Positions 13,043-25,203 of a stretch of DNA of 64,000 bases are shown in pieces. The stretch spans positions 1,240,001 through 1,304,000 of the forward strand of contig JBLDXI010000007.1 in NCBI GenBank assembly GCA_047495785.1, read 5' to 3'. Position 1 is the stretch's first letter, and every line of letters begins with the position of its first letter. Source of the DNA: Lepidodermella squamata (taxonomy: Eukaryota > Animalia > Gastrotricha). The translations under genes were made by a program, and so were the position numbers. The notes beneath the pieces are model-generated. The model did no database searches. It was not told where the DNA came from and saw only the letters and a program-made list of their open reading frames with translations.

Positions 13043-15507
13043 ATGTCGAGACTCGTCTTTTTAACGGCAACTCTCTTTTTTCAACATGCCGCCTGTGGTA
13101 AGCTCAATCTTCTTGAAACGGAGACTGAATTATCATGTATTTTCTATATTGCAGCCGAAGTTCAAGTCATGATGCCTGAGTACACCTTCGATGCGTTAGA
13201 TTCGGCATCAGGCAAATACTGGGATAGCTTTGTAACGACTGAAGCGATACCGAAACTGACAGCTTGGGCCCCGGTTACATGGTCAGGACGCAATATGATG
13301 TTTCAAGACAAAACCAAACCAGTCTCCGCCCAGACTGCTATAATTGCAAAAAAGGTATTGAATGCAGTGGAAATCGCTTATAATTTATTACTGCGAGTTG
13401 CAGACCATAACTATACCAAATAAATTGTTTATGAGCGTTAAAATATCAATGGGACCCCTGGATGGAAAATCACCTGGTTTTCACATTTTCCTTCTCAAAA
13501 ATACATCACTATCGTGGAACAAATGTAAGTTCTTCGTCCCTAATGAAACTAAAGGCACGAATTTATTTACTGTAAAGATTCGAAGAAGGATGGATTCATG
13601 GCAACGCCTTTTGTCGGCTTCACTATGCAGCTCTTCTATCAAATCAAAAAGGTTTTCGTCTACTGGTACAATGCGGGCCAGCCTACCCCAGGCACGCGCT
13701 GGTACGACGTAAAGAACATTGCCAATACCGATTCTATTGGAGACTTGGGCAGCGCGATTTTCGGGGACGTTACGTTTGAATTCCTCATAAGCCAGGATAA
13801 ACTAACCGTAATATTGCTACTTTTTGATTTTTAATCTGCTAATATCTTGTCTTATAGCTGAAAATGACTGGCTCTGACGGGAAGATCTATAATTTTCTCG
13901 ACAATGTGTCTATTCCTGGATTTGCAGCTGGAGGGCCTTATGTTATCGGCATGTCTGGGGAAAATCTTTTCAATGATGAATACAAAACGAATACGCTCGA
14001 CGGCTACTTGTACCATTTCAAGACGTATACTTATGAGGAGGAGACAACATCGACAAAATCAACTACCGCCAAACCGACGACGCCTGCCGCAGTAGCGGCG
14101 CCTTCGACAAAGGCAGCCCCGCCCTCGCAACCGAATGTACCAGCCTCGACAAAATCAGCCCCGCCCTCGCAACCGAATGAACCAGCCTCGACAAAGGCAG
14201 CCCCGCCCTCGCAACCGAATGAACCAGCCTCAACAAAAGCGGCTCCGCCCACTCCAACCTCAACTGCACCAGACCAAACAACAATTCAGCCCACCACGGA
14301 ATTACCAAGTAGCTCGGCGCCTACTGCATTCAACCTCCCGTTCACTGTGCCATCGGTCATTGAAATACCAGATGGATTTATGAATTTGCCCCAAGTTCGC
14401 TCCTTAGTTGGGCAGTTCATGCCAGGAATTCCGCCGTTGCCATCGCAGCCTATCGAAACGTCACAAATGCGAGCTGAGTGCAATGATTTCACGAAAAGCC
14501 GTGCATACCCGCCAAATAATGGTAAACCAAACCAAATCCAACTCGCCGTTTACATCACAGGGTTCACCGATATTGTTAACGTCGATGAAACGATATCAGT
14601 GGATGCAGCGATTCTTGAGACGTGGAACGTAACTACATGTCAATTCGACTCGATCAAGATCGACGACGACCAGCAAATCATGGTCTCATCCGCTGAAGAC
14701 ATTTGGTTGCCGAAGATGCGGTTCACTTCAACTGCGAATTCAAATTTTCGCATGGACGAAGGCTTCGATAGCGACTTGACCGCTGTTGCTTCGAAGGATA
14801 ACGTAACCGGCAATTTTTCGATGGATTTCTATTGGATTCGAGAGGGCGCGCTTCTGTCGAAATGCCCACTGCAGTTGGATCGATTTCCGTTCGATCAACA
14901 AACTTGCTCGTTCAACTTCACGCTCGTCCGTGATTGTAAGCACGTTCGATTCGCGCCCGTGAGTTTCGAATGGCTGGAAGCGAAAGTAACCAGGAATTGG
15001 CGTTATCTCGGCAGCAACGTTTCAGAGTCAATTCAGCAATTCATGGGGGAGTTAAAGCACAGTGTTGTATTGACAGTTAAATTGCAACGCATACCGGATT
15101 ACTATTTGATCAACATGGCCTTACCTAGCTGTGTCTTGACGGTTCTCAATTTGCTGAGTTTCCTATTGCTGCCAGATACAGCTGAACGGCCAACTTTTAC
15201 GATCACCTCGCTGCTAGCTCTAGTCGTCGCGCAATCTGACATTCGTGGGGAGTTACCGAAAACAGCCAGTCGTTCTTTGTTTGGCGATTACATCTCATCT
15301 TTGGTTTTCTACGCTGCGGCAATCACTATCTATCAAATGGCCACTGTGTTGTTTGTTGGCAGCTTCATTAGCGGCAAACAATTGGGAGGCTGCATGCGGA
15401 AACGGGTATCGATTGTTCGATTTGTCGATCTTTTGGCGTTCGTCATCGCTGTTGCGGGATTCGTTGCCATTCATGTTCGAATCTATTTGGCTATTGTTAA
15501 AAATTGA
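13043..15507 (+). CDS. lectin-stalk-Cys-loop receptor subunit (LGIC-3)
   Basis: Signal peptide MSRLVFLTATLFFQHAAC; four short introns in the N-terminal domain; Cys-loop CPLQLDRFPFDQQTC; M2 ERPTFTITSLLAL. Confidence 0.88.
14101..14250 (+). repeat. coding 42-bp tandem repeat (~3.6 copies) in the LGIC-3 stalk
   Basis: Encodes repeats of ASTKAAPPSQPNEP. Confidence 0.9.
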
Positions 15508-16726
15508 TCGAGGCGCCAATTCTTGACATAACTATCGGATTTTATCGCTTATCATACTTGAAATCGCACCTAATATATTCTACGCTAATATCACTATACG
15601 CAACCCTCATTGTGAAATATTGCACAAGTGCCATCTTTCTTTTTCTTCTAGCATTTTTTTCACTTTGCGAACATTTTCTACTGGAAACCTATCCATTTTT
15701 GTAAAATCGAACCTATCTATACAAGAAGCATCTCCTATCATCGATTTCAACGAGAAATTGAAAAATCCCCCGAGGAAACCCCGGGAGAAACCCTGCCCCG
15801 CTTATTATAATATTGATTTGTGCTAGATACTATGGGACACTTTACCTCTTTTTTTTTAAATTTACTGCTCTATCACTGTTTGTGCTGTAAACAGTAAATA
15901 GTAACTGTTGTTGCATCCCCTAGACTTGCTAGCTTCGCTGGAATCGGTCCATGAGAATCCTGCCTCTTTGTCAGGGATTTCGTCTTAATCCATTATTCCG
16001 CTCTCTTCACGGTGGGCGTATGGCAATGGGAGGTTGGGCGAGGGAGCGATTTTACAAGCAGCTTCATTGCTTTATTGAAACCCACCCCACGCCCACCCCG
16101 CGATGTGTCAATATGAAACAGCGAAGAATCGAAACTCGCTTCTGACATTTTTATTTGACAGGTTCTGCTGTTTGGACTAGTGTTTGACTTACCGCTGAGC
16201 TTTGAAATTTGTAAAAAAAAACGTATTCAGCCGCAATACATATTCGGAGGCTGCTCTATCAAATTTCCGGTAAACTCCAACCCAGGGGTTCGCGGCGATC
16301 GAGCAATATCGTTTTAAGCCTATTGACGTCAGTTTCTGGATGTGGGTGGCAAGTAGAAATGTCATTTTGGACCCGTCAAGTAAAACCGGCCCTATCTTAT
16401 TTACAGCTATATGAAAAGACAACAACTCTGACGCATAATTATTATTGCGCAACACCCCGTTTCAACTGACAGTGAAGATAAGATATGGTCAAAATCGCTT
16501 GACGGGTCTCATGTGTTGTTGGGACTTCAGGCTCGCGTTCCTAAAGCGAGGAAGCCGAACTGGGAGTAAGTTAAGCCGACTCTTCTTGAATGCAATAGCG
16601 ATAGGATAAATCCACGATCAGTGCAAGCGGGGATTTGTTCAAAATCATGAAAAAATATCATGAAAAATCAGTACAGTTTCGCCTTTCTACATAGTCATTC
16701 TGATCTGAAGATTTTAGACTGCATTT

Positions 16727-17011
16727 TTATGATAGGCAACAAGGCCCGTCAGGACACTTACAGTCCGGAGGATGCCCCCGAAGGGCGCGGAGAATGCCTC
16801 CGGAACACTTGTGTTGACCAAGCGGGCTATCCTTGGAGCATTTACACCTGCCAGGCAGGCAGTAGCAGTTGTCACTCATTCCCGTCTTGCAACAGGAATC
16901 AGGTGGGCACTTGCATTCGCCAGGCTTGCAATTACATTTGCCGCATTCGTGCCCCTTGCAGCAAGAGCCTTCAGGACATTTGCTTTCTTGTTTTTCGCTA
17001 TTTCCAGACAT
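16727..17011 (-). CDS. metallothionein-like protein
   Basis: 94 aa, 19 Cys in CxC and CC motifs, repeated CKCPxxxCC, Lys/Gly/Ser-rich, one aromatic residue, no signal peptide. Confidence 0.72.
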   Translation of the reverse strand: MSGNSEKQESKCPEGSCCKGHECGKCNCKPGECKCPPDSCCKTGMSDNCYCLPGRCKCSKDSPLGQHKCSGGILRALRGHPPDCKCPDGPCCLS

Positions 17012-17051
17012 TTCTAAGCGATTTAATTTACGTGAGTGATATATTGCTCTT

Positions 17052-17199
17052 CCCGTATCAACAATTTTCAGTATTCCGTAGGATGAAATATGCTAATGAG
17101 CTCTTTTCATTGTTCAATTGAGTTCAGTGTTGATTTCACAACGAAAAGTGCTCATTAACATATTTCATCCTACGGAATACTGAAAATTGTTGATACGGG
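17052..17199. repeat. long near-perfect inverted repeat (foldback/MITE-like)
   Basis: CCCGTATCAACAATTTTCAGTATTCCGTAGGATGAAATATG is perfectly inverted at the other end; pairing continues inward with few mismatches. Confidence 0.9.
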
Positions 17200-18029
17200 T
17201 TGTTTCACCGTTCTCATGAGGTATGATAAGTTTTGCCATTTTCATACACAACAGACATGGGACATGGGTTGCGTTGATACCAGCGTAATCTTCGTTTTTC
17301 CATTTGGCGATTATTCCAAGCCCGGAGTATGCCAGGAATTCCGCGACAGTCTAATCTCTGGCCAAACCTCTCAAGTGAAACCATCTGTCATTAGTGCCAA
17401 CTTTATTTTGATAAAGCGTGTCCCATATCATTTCCACCAACATTTTCAAGAAAATTATCAATTTTTCTGTATGTATACCTCCTACCGAAATTTTAATGGG
17501 AAAATGCTTGCCATACAGGTATCTAATTTCAGACATTCTGCTCCTTTTCTGTGAATTCGGGGCTACACTGTACACAGTCTGTGATGTGAAATTCACAAGT
17601 CAAGCTGCTCTCTCTTGGGCGTCATAGCTTTGAAATAAATAAATAAGTCGTAATAACCGGAGGCTGGATGGTAAGCCAGACCTTGTCAACCCTGGCTAAT
17701 GGCTGCTAATTTAGCCTCAGTAGCCGAATTTTCACATTTTTGAAATGCCTCTGTGCACTCAGTTTTCAATTTAATTGATGGATACCAATGTAGGAAAATT
17801 ACATTGAAACGCAGTGAATCGTTTGAAATCAAATTTGCCGAAATAAATTTTTAACGAAATAGCGAAATAACGAAATTTTGCGTGGTTTTACATTAGGCTA
17901 CATCAGCAGCGAAAACTGCGTAGGAAAGGCAAAGGAGAGACAGAGACATATAGGGACAGCTAAAAAGTTGAAACAGTCAGCTATAGGAAGGATCATTCAA
18001 CGTGTCAGCTGATCGTCTTCACCTTTGCA

Positions 18030-20520
18030 TTAGGTATCGATGCTTTTCAGTGGTATCACGTTGATGACAACCAGTGCAACGAAAGCCAATCCAAAAGCTA
18101 CGATATCGCAGAATCGAGTCAGGCTGATCCTTTCGCCGATAATTTTTTTCTCGCCATTAGCACTTCGAACCCACCAAACCATCGCTATCTGATAGATTGT
18201 AATACCTGCTGCAAAGAAGCCCAAGGCCACGATATAGTTACCCAACAGAGTTCGGGTTGAAGTCTTCGGTAGAACTTGTCTCACATCACCCTGGGCGACT
18301 ATCAGAGCCAGCAGGGATGTCACGGTAAAAGTGGGACGTTCGACTGTGTCAGGAGGCAGAAGCATGGTCAACCAGTTGATGACAGACAGCACCAAGCTCG
18401 GAACAGCTAGATTGATCACGTAGTAATCCGGAATACGTTTGACGGCAACAGACAGGTCCACAGCCTGTACAACAGAGCCGAAATGTCGTCTCCGGAACGC
18501 TTCTTGGCTGTAATTGACCAGGCGCCATTCATCCGTTTCGCTGGCCTCAAGCCACTCGAAGTAGACTTCTTTCATAAACACCCGACCGTATGGTCTGATG
18601 AATTGGAATGAGAATGTGCATGTTTGGGTATCAAATGGGAATTTTGCTAGCCTGGGACCAAGTGGGCACTCAGACTGGAAACTTCCTTCGACCAGCCAGT
18701 AAAATGTCAAGAGAAAATTCGTCTCGTTCTCCCCTCGGGTTAGTACGACAGTTAGGTCACTTGCGAATCCTTCAAGAAAGAAGTTTGCGGTCGAAGATGA
18801 TGAAAAGCGAAGTTTTGGCAACCAGCTGTCATCCGGCGATGCGACGTGAAGTGTTTCACGGTCATCTCGCTGCAGAAATATGTTTGTTGAATTCCACTTA
18901 CATGTAGTAACATTCCACGAGAGAAACAGAACGCCTTCGACCGAAGCTGCTTCGTTGACAGTATCTACTGCAGTTAGCTCATTTATGAAGAACCCGAACT
19001 GAACCTCGTTAGGTTCTTGGTTGTTCGGTGGCACGCTTCGGGTTGCAGCGAAATCGTCACAAACTTCGAGGACTTTCTTTATATCGATCGGGTCTGCTTT
19101 GAGCTCCGGTATCATCGGCATTAGCTTCTCGACCCCAGAAAACTTCTTCACTATATCTATGAAAGAAGGAGGCTTTGTTGCCGGTTTCGTCGCAGCTTTA
19201 GCCGTGGATGGCTTTGTTGTAGGAGATTTAGAAGTTGTTGTTGATGACGTCATTGTCACGGTTGTCGATGGGTTCGATATTGATGTAGATGCCGATGTTT
19301 GTGAGGAACTTATTGTCGTTGCAGTCAATGCCTTCGGAAGTAAGGTCGGTGCCGTTGATGCTTTGACTGTCGGCGCTGCGGAAGTTGACCCAGTTGTCGC
19401 AGCCTTTGTCGTGGATTTAGTTGTTGTTGTTTTAGATGTCGTGCTTGTTGTTGTACTTGTTGTTGTACGCTCAACAGTGCCACAAGCTGAAATTCCGTAA
19501 AGCCGAATTTCTTGTTCAGTTGCGAGGTTAGCTTTGCTTTGCGCTGCAACCCCGAAGACGTAAGGCCCACCGCCGTAGATGGCAGAAACGTCAAGTCCAT
19601 TTATAAACTGCGTCATGGAATTGTTGACTGGGGCGTACCACCACGCCTTATTCAAAAAGAACTTGAACATACTACGGAAGAGAGGCAATAGTTACCGTAA
19701 ACTTTCCACCGATTATCTCAATAACGTGAGTTTGCCTCGCCGCACTGACTCTGACGCTGTTTTTATACTCACCGGATGGAGGCAAATTGCGCCAGTCGGT
19801 TATCAGCGACGCGACGGTTGTGCCAACGAATACACGCGCCGCAAGGCTGAGATAGTTCATGTCTAGAATCAGTCCTTGAAACGGCCGCTTTATTTGGCTG
19901 ACAGTGTCACCATCTTCAAATTTCAGATTATTAATTAAGAATGTGACAGCAACATATCAAATACTCACATGCACCCCCTGATACGATGATATCACGACGA
20001 ACAAGTACAAAAGCATAGGTATCCAGTAGTGTTGTTGCCGACATATCAATTACGATCCTGATGTCAGAGAAATTGTACGCCTGCATGGGAGCAAATATCG
20101 GGTTCATTTTAGGATAAATAAACGTATTACAAGTTATCACCGATTTGCTGTAGACAATTGATTGTGCCCCTGGAGTTGCTACTTTATGAAAATAAACGTA
20201 ATATGGTGAATCAGTCATAAGCGCAGGAGCCACAGATCCATCTGATGTTTTGCTTAGATGGTTCCAATTAAGCAATGAATCATTTAAGAATGCTGGATAT
20301 AACAATAATGAGTGTGAGATCGACAGTGACAAGTTGAAGATTACTTTGATCCGAATCGCCCAGAGTCCAGTCTGATATTCGATTTGAGTCATCGCAAGCT
20401 TCGAATCAAGTAGCTTAAAGGTAGCTATTCCCGAGTCAAAATTCCAAATTACTTACTGATGATGGCTGCTGTTGGTAAAGTTGTCGCAAGAATTAAAAAC
20501 AATAGTTTCAGCTCAACCAT
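18030..20520 (-). CDS. lectin-stalk-Cys-loop receptor subunit (LGIC-4)
   Basis: Signal peptide MVELKLLFLILATTLPTAA; short introns; Thr-rich stalk; Cys-loop CPLGPRLAKFPFDTQTC; close paralog of LGIC-2 in inverted orientation. Confidence 0.88.
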
Positions 20521-21418
20521 AATGATTACTAAATGTTCGCGAAAGAAGTTCCATTCAATGTCGCGTCTCAGATTTCCCTCAAGTTTGCCGGTCTATATCA
20601 ATTAAAAGTTCTAGGAATAGAGCCGACATTCTTAATTTTACAATCAATTTTTAGCCAATCAGTGTTTGCCTACAATTATTTGAAACGTCAAAAACAAAAT
20701 TGTCCATGGAATTCCAAGCAAAATCTGTCGAGTACGAGAAAGCGGCGCCTTTGATGTCAACACAGCGGATCTTATTAAAATTGTTATCTTTGACAGATGA
20801 AACGCTCGGAATCTGATGTTCATTTGCTCTTCGAAATCAGTTTTAAGGTATGTATATCACAACCCTGCCCGTTTCCAAGTTTCAAGGTTATTAATTCAAT
20901 TGAAACGCTACTATATTATTATAAAGATTTTTTCTTACGATTAAAATGAATTAAATAGCTGATATTTAATATTTCACATGGAAATTATACGAAAGTTCAA
21001 GTCATTTTAGCACTGAATTTCTCCCCATAAATTTTCATCACCAATTTATAAAGTGTGAAAGATTCCGGAACTGCTGGAAGCAAAGTAGAACAAAAAGGCG
21101 GGGCATCTCGATTATCGTTGTCTGGGAAAGAAAAACATCGCGAAAGCGGAAAAGTAAAGAGTGTTTGCTTTAAATTAAATCAGAACGTCAGGGAGGAAAA
21201 CAAATGCAAACGTGTCAAAAAATGTCTTTGGCCTATGTTTTAGATGTTACAATTCTGTTGAAACTGTGACGATTAGACACAAAAAACAACCTCTCAGATC
21301 AGCGTGCTGAAACCGAAAAGCGCAAAAGTTTCGACCGAAATAAAAAAATAACGGGAACAACGTTAACAACGTTAACAACGGGAAAAATAACGGGGAGAAT
21401 AAAAAATTCATCTTTGTT

Positions 21419-22537
21419 TTATTCTAACATTAGACATGAAAATTCGCCAAAATTGAGAAAGCTGAGCAAAACAGCTGGTAAATCAAGCCCATAAATGGCA
21501 CGTTTGCGTTCGGTCAAACCGATAGGCAAGCTTGATAGAATGGACCGGCGACAGAGTGACTGCAATTTCATCGGGTACGAATTTCGAAGCGGTGCGATGT
21601 AACTTTCGTCCAGTGTTAACCTCGACTTGCGATGAAGTTCCAATACCAACTCGACAAAAACGCCTTTCCTGCCCCAAAGCATGGCACTGAAGTTGTGGCT
21701 AATTTCAAGGCACGTTTTCAAGAAAGCATCAGGACTTCCGAACACACTCCCAGTTTCAAACGCATCCGGTTAAACGTAACACCCGGCTCGAAGAAGAGGT
21801 AGAACGGCGAAAGAAACAATTTTCGCTAAAGAAAGACGGTCAAGTGAGCCGATTGTCTCCATTTCGAAAATATCGTACAAAACCGTGGTGAGGGGTGAAT
21901 AATTGAAAGTCTCAGCCGATGAGATCGCGTTTATCGGCGTAGCTTCGAGCAAAACATCAGCAGCCTCCTGGCCATACAAGGCAACGTAGGCCAATTTGTG
22001 AATCGCAATCGTATTCGGGCCAATTAAAGCCGGTATTTCAGGGTGATTAATCGATGACCAGGCTAGGGGTATGTGACTTTGCCTAGCCATCACATCGGCG
22101 CCGTGGCTGATCAAAGATCTTAAAATGTTGGCGAAAGGCTTCGTATTTCTAGCCATATCTCGCTTGATAACCAACGGATCGCTATCTGGACCAGCGTGGT
22201 CGATAATGAAAGCTAATGGCTTGTAATCATCGCCATCAGATTCGGTCAAGCTAATTCCTCGATTCGGATTAGCGCCGTGTTGTAGCAGCAACTCGACGCC
22301 CTTATCGAAAAATCGAGCGCAGGTGAAAATCAGCAAGCGTTGGACCATATCAGCCGGGATGAGGTGGCCGATTGTTTTTAGCAATTTTTCAAAGCCAGCT
22401 ACATCGTATTTATCGATGAGGTCGTAAAGTAATCGCTTCATGTCATTGTCGCACTTTTTTATGCGAGCGAGCTGCGAATCTAGGTCAAAGTAATCTTCAT
22501 TTTTCACGCAGCTATTTTCATTCGTTTTAGATAACAT
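21419..22537 (-). pseudogene. ankyrin-like/SOCS-box (ASB-like) gene with one in-frame TAA
   Basis: ORFs 21770-22537 and 21419-21745 share a frame; TAA at 21770-21772 in RAGCYV*PDAFE aligns to paralog RAGSKLAPDPFE; SOCS box PMKLQSLCRRSI...LPAVLLSFL. Confidence 0.7.
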
Positions 22538-22712
22538 TTTTTTTGTTAATTCTAAAAATAAAGCAAAATTTATTTAATGAAATTTTATTTTCAACAAAAT
22601 TATTAACAGGTAAAAAAGGTATTTTTTAAAGCGTAAACAACGAGCCGCAAAAATTGAGCGATTATATTTGATTTAAATAAAAAAGGAATTATTAAGGCGG
22701 ATTTTTTTGTGT

Positions 22713-25203
22713 TCAACCGATCGCTGCTTGTTGATGTTCATAAACGCCGTGAATTTTTATATCAAACTCGCTGAAATTGAGATAGTTTTCCAGACATTTC
22801 GGCAGGCTGAGTTGTTCAACAGCCAATCGGCGCTGTTTGACGCCCAATGGCAAGAATTCGGTGATTTTCAGGCGGCAAATAGCCTGGAGTTTCATCGGGA
22901 ACATCGATCGAACACAGGCGGAAAAACGGCGGCATGTTTCGCCTAATAAAGCCGCTAATTGTTGCTCGTGTTCGCCGAAACTTGGCGCCGCTCTTATCGC
23001 AGGGGTTCCAGAAAGAGCCCAGAGAAATTGCCCGATGTCGATGCCAGATTTTCGACGAGCTTGAACCAACAACTCGATTGTTGCGAAGGGCCGGTTCCAA
23101 AGCGAGAAGTTAACGTCATCGCGTTGGCTTCGCGATGGGTTACAGCAGAAATACGGCAAATAACGGCCGATTGTTTGAAGTTCAAACGGATCTGGCGCCA
23201 ACTTGGAACCGGCTCTTAATAACGGCAGAACAGCGTAGGAAAACATTTTCAACATCCGCATCCGATCTGGGCCGAAATTCGAGTCGAAATACATGGCATC
23301 GTACAGGACTGATGATAACGGCGAGCATTGCATGTCGAATTCGTTAAATTTGGTTCCAGACAGCAGTCCTTCTGGGCTTGAGGCGTCGATCAATTTCAAA
23401 GCAGCTTCTTGGCCGTATAAAGCTACGAAGGAGAGTTTGTTAAGGGGAATTAAACAATCGCCGATTGTTCCAAGCTCAGCGGCCCAGACTGATGGAACTT
23501 GCTTGTAGCGAGCCAGAGGCTTTGCGCCAGCATCGAGTAGGAGCCGGAAAATGTTGAAAAGCGGCGTCGAGTACCAGTAAAGCTCGTCCTCAGTCATCAA
23601 AAATGCTCGTTCAGGGCCAGCGTGATCGACCTTAACAAACCGTGAAGCAGTTAAAAAAGTCCAATCAGCTTTTGCTTGATATAAAAATTAAAGAAAATCG
23701 AGGTGATTAGACCAAAAGTCGATTCTCGAAATCAGTTATAAGCAGTATGACTTAGGATGTCGCATTCAAACGTCTAATTTCTTTGAAGAAATTTAGTATG
23801 GAATCGTTCTTCCCTTAATTCTCGCTGGAATCGAAAAAAATGATAGCCTAATGATATTTTTAAAAACGGTGATAAATCAGATATAAAATCGGGTTCATCA
23901 ATAGGTGAATGGGGATAAATTCATTTTATTCGAATTTGAAAAATAGCTGATTTTAAAATTGCAGAAAAAAAACAAAGTTCTCCTTAAATTTTGAAAAAAT
24001 GAAAAAATCTGGAAACTCACAATGCAAATCCATATGCAAATAAGGTCCAAATTAACCGCTCGGTGTTGAATGCGAGCCGCAAGTTTTAAATTGGCAAAAA
24101 TCAGGTGAAATTTAAATAATTCTCAAAATTTACAGGAAAATCAGGAATCACTTCGCCCACCTATGGTCATATTTTAAAAGGTTTTGAGGTAGTGGTGATT
24201 TTTAACCTAAAATCATTCGTGGTGCGTACGCCAAATAGTCCTACAGCGTGTCCCAGAAGTTGCGGAACTATTTTAATTTGGCAACATTTTTGTAGGAAAT
24301 TCAATAAAATTAAATAAAACCTACCGAGAGAATATTCCATGTTTTACTCGCGATAAGAAAATTAAAAAAAAATTAAAAATAAAAAATTTACTGGAGGATT
24401 CCCGGAAAACTCCGATGGTAACTGGTTCGGTAATTTTCGGTATTTTACCCGCGGTTGGACCTTATCTCTCCGAACTTTTTGTAATCCCAATAACAGGTGA
24501 CATACTTGATATCTATTCTCGGGATTTTTATAAAGATAAAAGCGCCTATGTACATGCATTAGAAAAGTGCATAAAAAATCCCATGTCCAACAAGAAAACT
24601 CTTTCAAAATTTGTGATGCTCAGCAAATCGCAAACAGAAAAATACGAAATAGTGAGGAATCGAACTGCGGAAACCTCGGAAAATTTCGAAAATAAAGCTG
24701 TTTTTTTTCGATTTATCTTAAAATGAACCCTCTTGGACCTAGGACAATTTGGCGTACGCTCGGCGACGCATGGTTCTGTCCAAAGTTCAAAGTTGGCTAC
24801 AATAACTGGGTGAAAGGTTGGCAAAAAATTAAGAAAATTGTTATACCATGTTTGCCAGCAATCCATATCCGAAATCTCCACCTTTGAGGCCGTAATTAGG
24901 ATCTGCGCCACTTTTGAGCAGGATCTCGACACCCTCGACAAAATACAGCTCACATGCGAACTTCAACAACTGACTCAGGCGGTCCTTTGAGACAAGATCT
25001 GGCCGTAGCTTGAGGATAGCTGTCAGAGTTTCGATATCTCTTGAATGGATAACATCGACCATTAGGACGTCGAAGCTTTTCGGTAGCTGATAGCGTCTGT
25101 GTCGCTTTCGATTGAGAAAGGCGGTCAACTCATCGCCGAGTAGAGATCTCGCATCGAAATCAATGTCAGGCAACACGCTGAGTAATTTGGCGGAGGATTG
25201 CAT
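22713..25203 (-). CDS. ankyrin-like/SOCS-box (ASB-like) protein, two exons
   Basis: Exon 25203-24847, intron 24846-23631, exon 23630-22713 gives LLANM-VDHAGP, matching paralog LAFIIDHAGP; VEILLKSGADPN; SOCS box PMKLQAICRLKI...LPKCLENYL. Confidence 0.82.
24018..24185. repeat. fragment of pogo-like repeat family (intronic)
   Basis: Similar to 35713-35900; shares CATATGCAAAT...GTCCAAA with the 4310-5490 element. Confidence 0.5.
24242..24472 (+). mobile_element. Tc1/mariner-type non-autonomous element end (fragment, intronic)
   Basis: TACAGCGTGTCCCAGAAGTTGCG start; collinear with 7100-7315. Confidence 0.6.

Noticed and set aside
19021-19500. Val/Ala-rich 159-aa ORF and similar ORFs at 14031-14308 and 51548-51868
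   Set aside because: Antisense shadows of low-complexity coding regions
21770-21772. Stop-codon reassignment suggested by the in-frame TAA
   Set aside because: TAA, TAG and TGA all terminate other genes at expected C-termini
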